Shown: positions 1 through 8,516 of the stretch, piece by piece
Layout: every line of letters starts with the position of its first letter
How positions within the stretch are numbered: the stretch's first letter is position 1
IMG/VR virus record: IMGVR_UViG_3300012979_001162
Location: 98,649-162,648 of that record
DNA: 64,000 nucleotides
Direction: 5' to 3' (one strand)
Origin: a virus
Lineage: Duplodnaviria > Caudoviricetes
The notes under the pieces: generated by a model
What the model was told of the DNA's origin: nothing
Databases searched by the model: none
The model's input: only the letters and a program-made list of their open reading frames with translations
Translations under genes and position numbers: made by a program

Positions 1-50
1 TTTTGCACTGATTGTTGTAAAGTCGTTTGTAAATTTCATATCAAACCTCC

Positions 51-434
51 TTAAATTTCATATGCACTCAGATTCCAAGAGTGCCCTAATTCATAATAAA
101 GCCCATACTTCTTAAACAACTTACTAAATTCTTCTTCCAGTTTCCAAGAACGACTTGTATATCCATTCAAAACATAATTCAAACTTCCCTCAAAACTCAT
201 ACTCAGGGTCTTCGGATTTGCATACTCAAAATAATCTCTTGGATTTCTCTCTTCATACTCATACAAATCCTCGGCAATCTTCTTGCCCTTTTCTCCGTGC
301 CACGTCTCACTATTGGACCACGCCTTCCCATCAAAGTAGATGGTATTATCTCCCCAAAGTTCATGCTTTTGACAGAACTCATATATATCTATCGCTAATA
401 GTTTGTACTTACTAAATGCTACGTTATTTTCCAT
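51..434 (-). CDS. hypothetical phage protein
   Basis: ORF; start moved to ATG at 434 downstream of GAGGAGG. Confidence 0.7.
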   Translation of the reverse strand: MENNVAFSKYKLLAIDIYEFCQKHELWGDNTIYFDGKAWSNSETWHGEKGKKIAEDLYEYEERNPRDYFEYANPKTLSMSFEGSLNYVLNGYTSRSWKLEEEFSKLFKKYGLYYELGHSWNLSAYEI

Positions 435-448
435 GTTAATCTTCCTCC

Positions 449-619
449 TCAATAATCTTTCTGTAACCCATCTGTAAAAAACCAGATGTCGTCTATTGCG
501 ATTCTTAGTATTGCATAATCAGAAGGCGGTTTCCCTTCTGCTTTAAGTCTATCGCATTCTTCATTAAGTCTTTTATAAAAATCTTTTGCCTCCTCAAGAG
601 ACATTGACTTGAATATCAT
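449..619 (-). CDS. small hypothetical protein
   Basis: ATG at 619 preceded by AAGGAGGAG; the upstream extension in the ORF track overlaps ncRNA unit 7. Confidence 0.55.
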   Translation of the reverse strand: MIFKSMSLEEAKDFYKRLNEECDRLKAEGKPPSDYAILRIAIDDIWFFTDGLQKDY

Positions 620-638
620 ATTCTCCTCCTTATATTTT

Positions 639-961
639 ACATACACTCATGAATTCGTAAGCTTTCTTTAACAGTATCATATTATGCTGCGCTATCCTGA
701 ATAAGGATCATAAACCTGGCGATAGCCAGGTGCAAAGATCCGGTTTCAGGAGTTTGTGCAGCATTATTGAATTTTATTCCCTTGTGTATATTGGCGCTTA
801 TACCAACACGCTCTGCGTTTCTGTAGATATATCTTTAACAGTCTCATATTGAGATCATGAACGGATGTAAATACAGCAGTCAGGGCTGGTGATAACCAGC
901 ATTGACTGCTGTACGTCATATCATTCATGATCTGAATTGAAAGCGAAACACCTTGTGTGTT
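639..961 (-). ncRNA. satellite array of two RT-associated structured units (units 7 and 8: 639-791, 805-961)
   Basis: Same architecture as 2459-3483: CTC...TCTTTAACAGT(A/C)TCAT block, ~85-nt multi-helix hairpin, TGAA...CCTTGTGT block, unit-specific closing inverted repeats. Confidence 0.8.
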
Positions 962-988
962 ATGCGTTATCTATCCGCAGTTAATTAA

Positions 989-1900
989 TTAGTTATTATA
1001 GATTTTATCCATAGCAATCTCAAAATTAAAGTTGTTATCAGAAATAACCTTCTTCATAAGAGCAAACATTCTCCATCCTTCACCCTTGTACTCATTAAGT
1101 CTCTTGTTCAATACACTTACTGCGGCCATTCCATATACCATGCGTCCATCAACCTTGATACCACAATTATGGAACATTACAAGGTTCTTAAGCGTGTAGA
1201 ACGCACCTTCGCCCTTATATGCATCAATCCAAGCCTTGCTCTTAGGAGTAGTGTAAGGAAGTGCAATCATCTTGTACATGAAACTCTTCACAATCTTGTA
1301 AAGCTCATTGTAGTTGCTTGCATACTTAATTCTGTTAATATCATATCTAAGCGGTGCATATACCTTTTTATCCAGGTCAACAACGAAGATATTTTGGCTC
1401 TTAACTCTCTTGTAAGGTACGCCCTTGCAGTTCTTTGTAGGAAGAGTATCAACGTGCTTCATAAGTTCTGCAACATAATCTTCCATAGTCTTCACGATAA
1501 CATCCTTAGTGAAGAAATGTGCTCTTTCAACGAACGTATCTCTATCTCTTTCTTCAAGCTTACCAAGTACTCTGATTTCCTCAAGCATCATATCGAATGA
1601 GTACTTAAGACCGTGTCTCTTAACCCATTCGTTGTAACCAGTCTTTCTACCATCGTAGGACTTGTAGTTAAGACCTTGGAACATTTGCGCCATAACAAAT
1701 CTTCTGTGAAGCTGAGTATTTCTTACGTAACCGTCCTCAATGATTTGGTTTGCAATAGTGTCCTCTACTTTCACGGGATTGCCGTTTTCATCAATGATAA
1801 TAGTCACACTACCACCATTCTCAAGAGGTACAGTAAAGTACTTGCTAGTGTTAACTCCCATAGCGTTAAGTTTGTTCATTCTTTCATTCTTGTTCAACAT
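989..1900 (-). CDS. hypothetical protein (303 aa) inside the RT/array locus
   Basis: Long ORF with AAGGAG RBS, between the two arrays; no family recognised. Confidence 0.85.
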   Translation of the reverse strand: MLNKNERMNKLNAMGVNTSKYFTVPLENGGSVTIIIDENGNPVKVEDTIANQIIEDGYVRNTQLHRRFVMAQMFQGLNYKSYDGRKTGYNEWVKRHGLKYSFDMMLEEIRVLGKLEERDRDTFVERAHFFTKDVIVKTMEDYVAELMKHVDTLPTKNCKGVPYKRVKSQNIFVVDLDKKVYAPLRYDINRIKYASNYNELYKIVKSFMYKMIALPYTTPKSKAWIDAYKGEGAFYTLKNLVMFHNCGIKVDGRMVYGMAAVSVLNKRLNEYKGEGWRMFALMKKVISDNNFNFEIAMDKIYNN

Positions 1901-1965
1901 AATTCATTTCTCCTTCAAATTTGTTTTATTTGCTCTGTATTGCCGAGCGTCGCATATTTTTTTGT

Positions 1966-2436
1966 TTACTTACCTTCGACCCAACTTCTTAATAGAACCA
2001 AATCCGGGTCATTTTTTGATTGGTAAAACCATTTACCCTGCATTATGTCTTCATCCCATACCAGTTGTCCACTCACAATCATACACAGTACAAATCCTTC
2101 AAGTGCTGCTTGTGAAACCTCTCTCCTTTCTGCAACTATAAGTTGCTCGTCTGTGATTTCTTCCATAGGAAGCGCTTTGAAATAGTGTCTGCGCTTGTTA
2201 TCACTCCTTTCGCTCGGTAGAGAGATTTTATAACTTCGATATCTTTGCAGAATCCCTTGAAGAATATCTTCTAAGCAATCCTGTTTAAAGACTGGGTTTA
2301 TCAGCTCTTTTGATTCATCAAACTCTCCGTCCTTAATCAGATAATCATTTCCAACTTTCATATTTCTTTTTTCAAAGTCAATATGAAATGACTCACCATC
2401 GCTTACCCTATTAATAAGCTCTTCATAGATTGACAT
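1966..2436 (-). CDS. hypothetical protein (156 aa) directly after the main array
   Basis: ATG at 2436 with AAGGAGG RBS; no family recognised. Confidence 0.85.
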   Translation of the reverse strand: MSIYEELINRVSDGESFHIDFEKRNMKVGNDYLIKDGEFDESKELINPVFKQDCLEDILQGILQRYRSYKISLPSERSDNKRRHYFKALPMEEITDEQLIVAERREVSQAALEGFVLCMIVSGQLVWDEDIMQGKWFYQSKNDPDLVLLRSWVEGK

Positions 2437-2458
2437 ATAATTACCTCCTTTTAGTTTT

Positions 2459-3483
2459 ATAGACACTCAATAGTTGTGGCACATTTCTTTATTTGCTTCA
2501 TAATATCAGATAAGAGAAGCTTTCACGACGCCAGAAGGCGGTAGTCACCGCGTGGATGGCGTCGTGTGAGCTTATTACTTATCTGGGATTTGAATTTAAC
2601 TACCTTGTTATCTATTGGTGTGCTCCAAGATTGCTCATAATTACGGCACATTTCTTTAATAGTTTCATTTGTACAGGTTCTGCCAGAGCAGCACGCAAGT
2701 AGAGCGGCGTGATATCGCCGCACGAAGGGCGTGCTTCTCTGGTTAAATAACCTGTAGTATGAATTTAATTACCTTGCAACCAACCGCTATGCTGCGGGTC
2801 CAAATTGCTCACAATATTGATACATTGCTTTACTTGTTTCATATCAAACGATAGTGCCTGTCAGGAGCAGGTTAGGACTGGGAAATTTCCCAGTAGTAAC
2901 CTGCTGATCACAGGTTAACTGTCGTTTCTTTGAATTATATTGCCTTACAATTTGTCGTTGTACTACGAAGTTAAACTACTCACAACCACGATACATTTCT
3001 TCATTAGTTTCATGAGTGAAGGCTGGCTCCGAGTAAAGGAGCTGCGATAATCTACGATAGCGGATTATGGCAGCTCATGTCTCGGGTGCAAAGCCTTCTG
3101 CTGAATTTGATTGCCTTGTAGTTTGCTGATGTATTTCAGGCTTGAATTACTCACAACTGCGACACATTGCTATATTTGTTTCATGAATGGAGGTGTAGTC
3201 TGAAAGACGTATCTTGATTCAGGAATTATTCCTGAATTGAGGATACGTCCTTCAGAGTTATGACACCTCCTTGCTGAATTTAGTTGCCTCGTAATTCATC
3301 ACTGTGTTGTGGATGATTGCTCGCAACGATGGCGCATATCTTTAATTGTTTCGTATTAGGAAGAAAGTGCTAACTTTCTTTGCATCGCAGGATGAGCCGG
3401 CGCTCTGCGCCTGCTCTGATCCTGCCATCCCAAAGAAGTTTGTCATCTTGCTTCCGAATTGAATTTCATTGCCCAGCAATCAT
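2459..3483 (-). ncRNA. tandem array of six ~171-bp structured ncRNA units downstream of the RT
   Basis: Units at 2459-2615, 2629-2781, 2801-2954, 2973-3124, 3144-3297, 3313-3483. Conserved + strand blocks CTC(A/G)..A....G..(A/G)CAT..CT..A..(T/A)G(T/C)TTC(A/G)T and TGAATT....T(A/G)CC flank a long hairpin of variable sequence. Confidence 0.9.
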
Positions 3484-3492
3484 TTTGTTGCG

Positions 3493-4776
3493 TTACATAG
3501 TTCTGACTAATGCTTCATATACAGCCCTACTCGTCAAGATTGCATTCTGCATACAACCAATAGTCAAATAACCATTGATTTCTTTATCGGTTTTATGACG
3601 GTTTGCCGTTACATTCTTGCCGGTGCCTCGCAGAATAGTATAATCATCTCGGTCGTTCACACTACCAAGACCGCCAATCTTTTTCTTCTTTGTGGCACAG
3701 GCTCTAATGGAATCCATCACAAAAGCATTCAGTGTTTCAATATCCTTTTCCACATTAATAATCGGCAGTACTGAAGTTGCCCAGGAATACTTGCCATCTC
3801 CTTTGTAAAGATAGTCATTAACTCTGTTGGTTGCTTTTGTTAACGAAGTTTTACGCTGCTTGATTGTTCGTGCTTCAATCTCCCTTTGAAAGCTTTTAAC
3901 ACGAGACTTGGAGAGTGTGATTTGGTCGCCCTTGATATTAAATCCAAGGAACTTAACCCATCTGTCTTTATAGACAATCTCTACTTTCTTAGGATTGAGC
4001 GACACTCCATACTTGCTAATAATCTTATTCATATCGGCAATTACTTCCCGTGGATTATTGTGCAAAGTCATACAATCATCAGAGTATCTACAATAAAAGT
4101 TGTACTTATTACTCATAAACTCATCAAGCTCATACAAGATTACATCAGCAAGAAATGACCCGATTGCATTGCCTTGTCTAATACCGCAATACTGTTCAAC
4201 AAGGTTGCCATCTAAATCAAACACAAGATTATTACTCCAACACTTACGAAGCAAATTCATTACGGGTTCTGTTCCTTTTTGAAAACCGAGTTTTCTTTCA
4301 ATGGTATCAAACACATTGTATATGGCCTCGATGTTAACAACGTCAAAGTAGTGGGAAAAATCAGACTTGACTCCCACTACTCCGTTATTTGTTTTCATAT
4401 TGACTAAATTGTTTGAAAATTCTTTTACGGTCTTACCTGTGCCCAAATTCTTCTGATAAGACTTACAAGATGGATGAATCATTTCGGGAAACAATTCAAA
4501 CAAGCAGTCGTTAATCAAACTCTGAATACATCTATCCACATTTTCGCCAACAAATACTGTTCTAAATTCGCCCGGCGTTTCTTTCGGAATTTGAGCCATA
4601 TGCGGAGGTATAAACTCCATTTCTTCGTTTTTAATTGCGTTATAGATTGCGAGGCGAACTTGAGGTTGGCACATTTTTCTAAGTTCGCCCTTATCTATGC
4701 CTTTGAGTTCCGCTTTCTCAATAAGCGCTTCCCAACGAGACATTTTAAACATCTCTTCTAACAGTTTGTTATTCAT
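3493..4776 (-). CDS. reverse transcriptase (427 aa), unclassified, array-associated
   Basis: RT motifs IPK..GEFRTV, DRCIQ, KSDFSHYFD, GIRQGNAIGSFLAD, YCRYSDD, LNPKK, KFLGF; start moved to ATG 4776 (AAGGAGAAGG RBS, overlapping the upstream stop). Confidence 0.93.
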   Translation of the reverse strand: MNNKLLEEMFKMSRWEALIEKAELKGIDKGELRKMCQPQVRLAIYNAIKNEEMEFIPPHMAQIPKETPGEFRTVFVGENVDRCIQSLINDCLFELFPEMIHPSCKSYQKNLGTGKTVKEFSNNLVNMKTNNGVVGVKSDFSHYFDVVNIEAIYNVFDTIERKLGFQKGTEPVMNLLRKCWSNNLVFDLDGNLVEQYCGIRQGNAIGSFLADVILYELDEFMSNKYNFYCRYSDDCMTLHNNPREVIADMNKIISKYGVSLNPKKVEIVYKDRWVKFLGFNIKGDQITLSKSRVKSFQREIEARTIKQRKTSLTKATNRVNDYLYKGDGKYSWATSVLPIINVEKDIETLNAFVMDSIRACATKKKKIGGLGSVNDRDDYTILRGTGKNVTANRHKTDKEINGYLTIGCMQNAILTSRAVYEALVRTM

Positions 4777-5545
4777 TTTTCCTTCTCCTTTCATTTGGAT
4801 TAAAGTACTCGTTATCACATGTTTGCGATGCATCATACGACCATTCATTAAAATACCGTTCTTCAGCATCTTTCCGTGCCGCAATTGCATCATCAATATT
4901 TACAAAATCTCCTAAGTTAACATTCTCTCCATATTTGCAGATGTAAGCTCTAAATTTGCCGCTATCCTTAAGTTTATGGATGCCAACAATTCCAGTGTTA
5001 CTATTGGCACAATTTGTATTCATATTGTTTTGACTTCTAGTTGCGATACGCAAATTACATTTACGATTATCGTTTCTTGTTTCTTTTCCGTGCTTATGGT
5101 CAATATCGTATTCTCCGTCATATTCCATAATGATTCGATGCATCAATACAGTTTTACCATCGCGATGACCAGTAACATAGTTATACATTTTTCCTTTTCC
5201 AAGAAACCATGTAATATCTTTGATTTTATCATAATCTTCTATGTCAAAGTAAAATGCCTCACCTTTATTGGTATATCCAATTCCATAATCTCCAGACAGA
5301 TCAAATTTATTTGGTTTTGATAAAACTTCTTGCAATGTTTCCTTGTGAATACAACCGCAAGACTGTGTTCTATTGTGTGTCAAACTATATCCGTCAATGG
5401 CTTTAAGTTCTGGGTTACCACAATCACACTTGCAATACCACATAACCTTGTGTTGACCACTTGGAACAACTCTATCTGGCGCTTGGCAAATTACCTCCAG
5501 TCTTCCGAATTTCATTCCTATCAAACTTTTCTTTGGTGTAATCAT
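4769..5545 (-). CDS. HNH homing endonuclease with C-terminal AP2-like DNA-binding domain
   Basis: GxKFGRLEVI and CKCDCG N-terminus; MHRIIM...IDHKH...DNRKCNLR..T..QN HNH; GKFRAYI..LG.F...DAIAARK.AE AP2. Confidence 0.85.
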   Translation of the reverse strand: MITPKKSLIGMKFGRLEVICQAPDRVVPSGQHKVMWYCKCDCGNPELKAIDGYSLTHNRTQSCGCIHKETLQEVLSKPNKFDLSGDYGIGYTNKGEAFYFDIEDYDKIKDITWFLGKGKMYNYVTGHRDGKTVLMHRIIMEYDGEYDIDHKHGKETRNDNRKCNLRIATRSQNNMNTNCANSNTGIVGIHKLKDSGKFRAYICKYGENVNLGDFVNIDDAIAARKDAEERYFNEWSYDASQTCDNEYFNPNERRRKNE

Positions 5546-5578
5546 ATAACATTCTCCTTTGTTAATCATTTTGTATTG

Positions 5579-5980
5579 TTATCCTACCCTCGCAATTCCG
5601 CCACCAAAGGACTTAACGGCAATTGTACCAAATTCGCTACAATAATCAACACTCTTATTCCATACATAAGAGAATGCATAGCCGTCCTTTACTTCTTCGA
5701 GTGTCATGCTCCATTCTTCGTCATACTTGCTGATGATAAGGAAACTGTAACATTCACCGAACTCAAATATGTTGTGGGTTACGGCATAGACAAGTGAACC
5801 TGTTTCTTCTTCGAACTCTCTGATTTTCTTGAGCAACTCAGGCTCTTGGGATTCGTCAATGTAGTAACCTCCAAACCCCTCAAACAGAGTTACTGTGCCG
5901 TCCTTTTCGAACTTCTTGATGTAGGGTGCGTAGATGTCAAGTGATTTCATTGCGCTGATTGCGACTTCTTTTTGTGTCAT
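5579..5980 (-). CDS. hypothetical protein
   Basis: ORF with GAGGAGG RBS. Confidence 0.75.
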   Translation of the reverse strand: MTQKEVAISAMKSLDIYAPYIKKFEKDGTVTLFEGFGGYYIDESQEPELLKKIREFEEETGSLVYAVTHNIFEFGECYSFLIISKYDEEWSMTLEEVKDGYAFSYVWNKSVDYCSEFGTIAVKSFGGGIARVG

Positions 5981-6143
5981 AGTTTAATCCTCCTCAAATT
6001 CAGTTTCGTTAATCATTTCATAAGCATTATTAATTGGACAACAAGGACAATCTACTTCCTCGTCTCCATCGCAAATGTTGTTGTTAATGCATTTTCTGCA
6101 AAACTCAGAAAGCTGCTTTTTTGCTACTTCTTTATCAAACATA

Positions 6144-6560
6144 TCAAAGATCCTCCTGTGCGGTAATCGCCCTCTTCAAAGCATCTGCCATTCTTGGGTC
6201 TGCGTTAATTTCATCCATAGTTAAACCGAGTGCTTCAAGCGTGTCGGTAAGGTCTTGAGTGTAACTGTACTCGTGGTTACCAAGTTCGTAGTTGAACATC
6301 TCAAACAAATAATCATCACCACGCTTACGAGCCATCTTTCGCTCAAGTTCGTGACGTTCAAACATCTTATGCATCGCATCGGCGTCAGATTTGCGAACAT
6401 AACCACCACCGCCGATGGAATAGATTTTATCGGTATCGTCGGGGGTAAGTCCCCACTTGGTCATCATTTCGTCGAATTGCTTTTGATTGAATGCGAACCC
6501 GAATGGGAATGCATCAACCTCTTTTTGATGCTTGGATTTAAGTTCTGTGTATTTATTCAT
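6144..6560 (-). CDS. hypothetical phage protein
   Basis: ORF with RBS, coupled to upstream ORF. Confidence 0.75.
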   Translation of the reverse strand: MNKYTELKSKHQKEVDAFPFGFAFNQKQFDEMMTKWGLTPDDTDKIYSIGGGGYVRKSDADAMHKMFERHELERKMARKRGDDYLFEMFNYELGNHEYSYTQDLTDTLEALGLTMDEINADPRMADALKRAITAQEDL

Positions 6561-6778
6561 TACATTACATCCTCCTCTTTAAGTGAATATTTTTTGATAA
6601 AATATTGTTCCCATTTGTCGTGCCAAGCAAGCCACTCATCATGATGATTGGTGGAGTTTGGCATATCATCAACAGGAATGGACTCTATGATGCGACAAAA
6701 TCCTAATGCTATACTGTCTTGAGCTCGAAGTTGAATTTCGCCGTTTTCATGATGGACCAAGTATTTATGATCATTCAT
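6560..6778 (-). CDS. hypothetical protein
   Basis: ORF with AAGGAGG RBS. Confidence 0.6.
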   Translation of the reverse strand: MNDHKYLVHHENGEIQLRAQDSIALGFCRIIESIPVDDMPNSTNHHDEWLAWHDKWEQYFIKKYSLKEEDVM

Positions 6779-6789
6779 ATATAGCCTCC

Positions 6790-7347
6790 TTATCCCGTAA
6801 TCCTACGAGATTTTGTTTCATAATCGAAGTGATTGCCATCGGCAGAATGAAAGCGAAGCACACAGTAGTCTTTCGTGTTTTGGACCATACTGATACTTGT
6901 GAGGCGACCCAGAATATCTTTTTCTCTATTGCCTGCAAGTTCATTTTCCAAACGCCACAAATGAGTATGTCCATCTTTCATTTTTCTCAAATCATCAAAC
7001 AACCATTGTGTGTAGGTGCCTTTCAAGTGTTTTTGTACGTGATTTTCATTCATATACTCAAGCAATGCTTCGGTTGTGCCAATTTGTCTCGGAAGTGCAT
7101 TTTGGCGTTTTTCATATGGGGATATCTTTGTATATCTTGTAACCTCAAACGGCTCAAATATATTAAGAGGATTTTCCATATAATAGAACTCGTCTTTGTA
7201 TTCAATAAGTGCATATTTGAAATCAACAAATGCCCCGTTATTGTCTTTCTCTGCGAAGTATGTAACAAACGCACCTCTTGCAGTTAGATAGTTGAGTAGA
7301 TTGTTCCACTCTTGGTCGTTCATAGTTGAATGTAGTTTCATTGCCAT
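6790..7347 (-). CDS. hypothetical protein
   Basis: ORF with AAGGAG RBS. Confidence 0.75.
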   Translation of the reverse strand: MAMKLHSTMNDQEWNNLLNYLTARGAFVTYFAEKDNNGAFVDFKYALIEYKDEFYYMENPLNIFEPFEVTRYTKISPYEKRQNALPRQIGTTEALLEYMNENHVQKHLKGTYTQWLFDDLRKMKDGHTHLWRLENELAGNREKDILGRLTSISMVQNTKDYCVLRFHSADGNHFDYETKSRRITG

Positions 7348-7476
7348 CTCTCCTTTTTCTTTTCGCTCTTTGTCATCCTACCCTCACAAGGCATTGTACG
7401 AGTGGTCTCGCCGCAAGCCTTGAAGTAGATGCAGTTGATGCAGGGGTGGATTGGTTGTTTCATAAGAACACCTCCT

Positions 7477-7713
7477 TTACCATTCCATAAATATTTCATT
7501 TATGTTTTTATTTAATTTAAAGTGTCGCATAGAATATTTTTGTTCATTAAACATGCGGTTATTATCCCTCATATCTCTTTCTTTTCCCTTTTCCAGACTT
7601 TCAATCGAATCATATATTCCAATTAATTCTCTGAAGCCAGAAGATAATCCTACTGTATAAGTTAAAGTATAAACTTCCACCGACGGTACCTCCTTTAATA
7701 ATTTGTAAAGCAA
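7477..7713 (-). CDS. hypothetical protein
   Basis: ORF in minus-strand run; start uncertain. Confidence 0.5.
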   Translation of the reverse strand: MLYKLLKEVPSVEVYTLTYTVGLSSGFRELIGIYDSIESLEKGKERDMRDNNRMFNEQKYSMRHFKLNKNINEIFMEW

Positions 7714-8225
7714 AATCCAATCTTGTCCTCAATTTCAGAAATTTGATCAGCAAAGAATCTGCGATAAATGTCTTGATGTTTGACAATGTAGATGTGAGTA
7801 TCAAGACAGTTGATATACCAATCTATATCATCGACCGGATTTATTTCGCTCAGTTCTTCGATATACTCAGGGATTTTATCGCCCCATTCTATATCATATT
7901 TGTGGCTGAGATATACATCTTGGGTATCAAGTGCAGCCTCCTTTTTGTCAATGACTTCAGGACTATCGCTTTTCTTTGGCAATGTTTCATCGAGAATCTG
8001 CAAGTCTTCAATAACATCGGGTTTGATGTTTGTGATTAAATCATTAAGTTCATCAACTCCCTTTTGGAAGACGGCTCTGATTAAGCTCGTCAAAGACAAA
8101 TTGTTTTCTTCTACTAACTCGTCGAGTATGTCATCAAGATCATATCCGATGTCGTCTAATATGGATAAGTCGCATTGTCCACATTTTAATAGGTGCATTA
8201 GCGCCCACTCTGATTGTTTGATCAT
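7695..8225 (-). CDS. acidic hypothetical protein
   Basis: ORF with AAGGAGG RBS. Confidence 0.75.
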   Translation of the reverse strand: MIKQSEWALMHLLKCGQCDLSILDDIGYDLDDILDELVEENNLSLTSLIRAVFQKGVDELNDLITNIKPDVIEDLQILDETLPKKSDSPEVIDKKEAALDTQDVYLSHKYDIEWGDKIPEYIEELSEINPVDDIDWYINCLDTHIYIVKHQDIYRRFFADQISEIEDKIGFCFTNY

Positions 8226-8410
8226 TTGGATACCTCCTTATTCCAAACTTCAATTGCTTTCTTTTCTGTAAATCTCGTCACTTTTCTTCGACAGTAGCAA
8301 CACTGAATTGTTGTGCTAATATGGATACCGAGAAAGTATGAGTGATAAGGAAGTATCATAGAACACTCGCAGTTACAAGGTTTAATTTCTTTCATGATTA
8401 TACTCTTCAT
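8222..8410 (-). CDS. small Cys-rich protein
   Basis: PCNCEC and CCYC motifs, EKKAIEVWN tail resembling Lar-type zinc-finger proteins. Confidence 0.55.
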   Translation of the reverse strand: MKSIIMKEIKPCNCECSMILPYHSYFLGIHISTTIQCCYCRRKVTRFTEKKAIEVWNKEVSK

Positions 8411-8516
8411 GTTTTCACCTTCTTTATAATTCTCCATCCTTTGCACGGATGTGTTGCCCAAATTCTCAGTCCGGCAGACCAGTCGTTGCCGTCTTTGATG
8501 CGTTCAAGTAGGTACA

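Noticed and set aside
15-33. Fourth TTGTAAA pair
   Set aside because: 12-bp period, inside a minus-strand CDS; context cut off by the window edge.
2523-2723. 66-aa ORF inside the array (also 3380..3571 on +)
   Set aside because: No RBS and crosses unit boundaries; chance ORFs in structured RNA.
2459-3483. CRISPR array
   Set aside because: Repeats are degenerate and split into blocks, the variable parts are 85-105-nt self-complementary hairpins, the period is ~171 bp, and there are no cas genes in the window.
2459-3483. Run of intrinsic terminators or REP-like elements
   Set aside because: Hairpins are long and bulged, lack U-tracts, differ in sequence and sit within a conserved covarying scaffold.
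3493-4776. Diversity-generating retroelement RT
   Set aside because: No TR/VR pair differing at adenines was seen and no Avd-like gene was recognised; a remote target outside the window cannot be excluded.
3300-4900. Group II intron
   Set aside because: No domain V/VI after the ORF on its strand, no long 5' intron RNA (the start overlaps the upstream gene) and no interrupted host gene.
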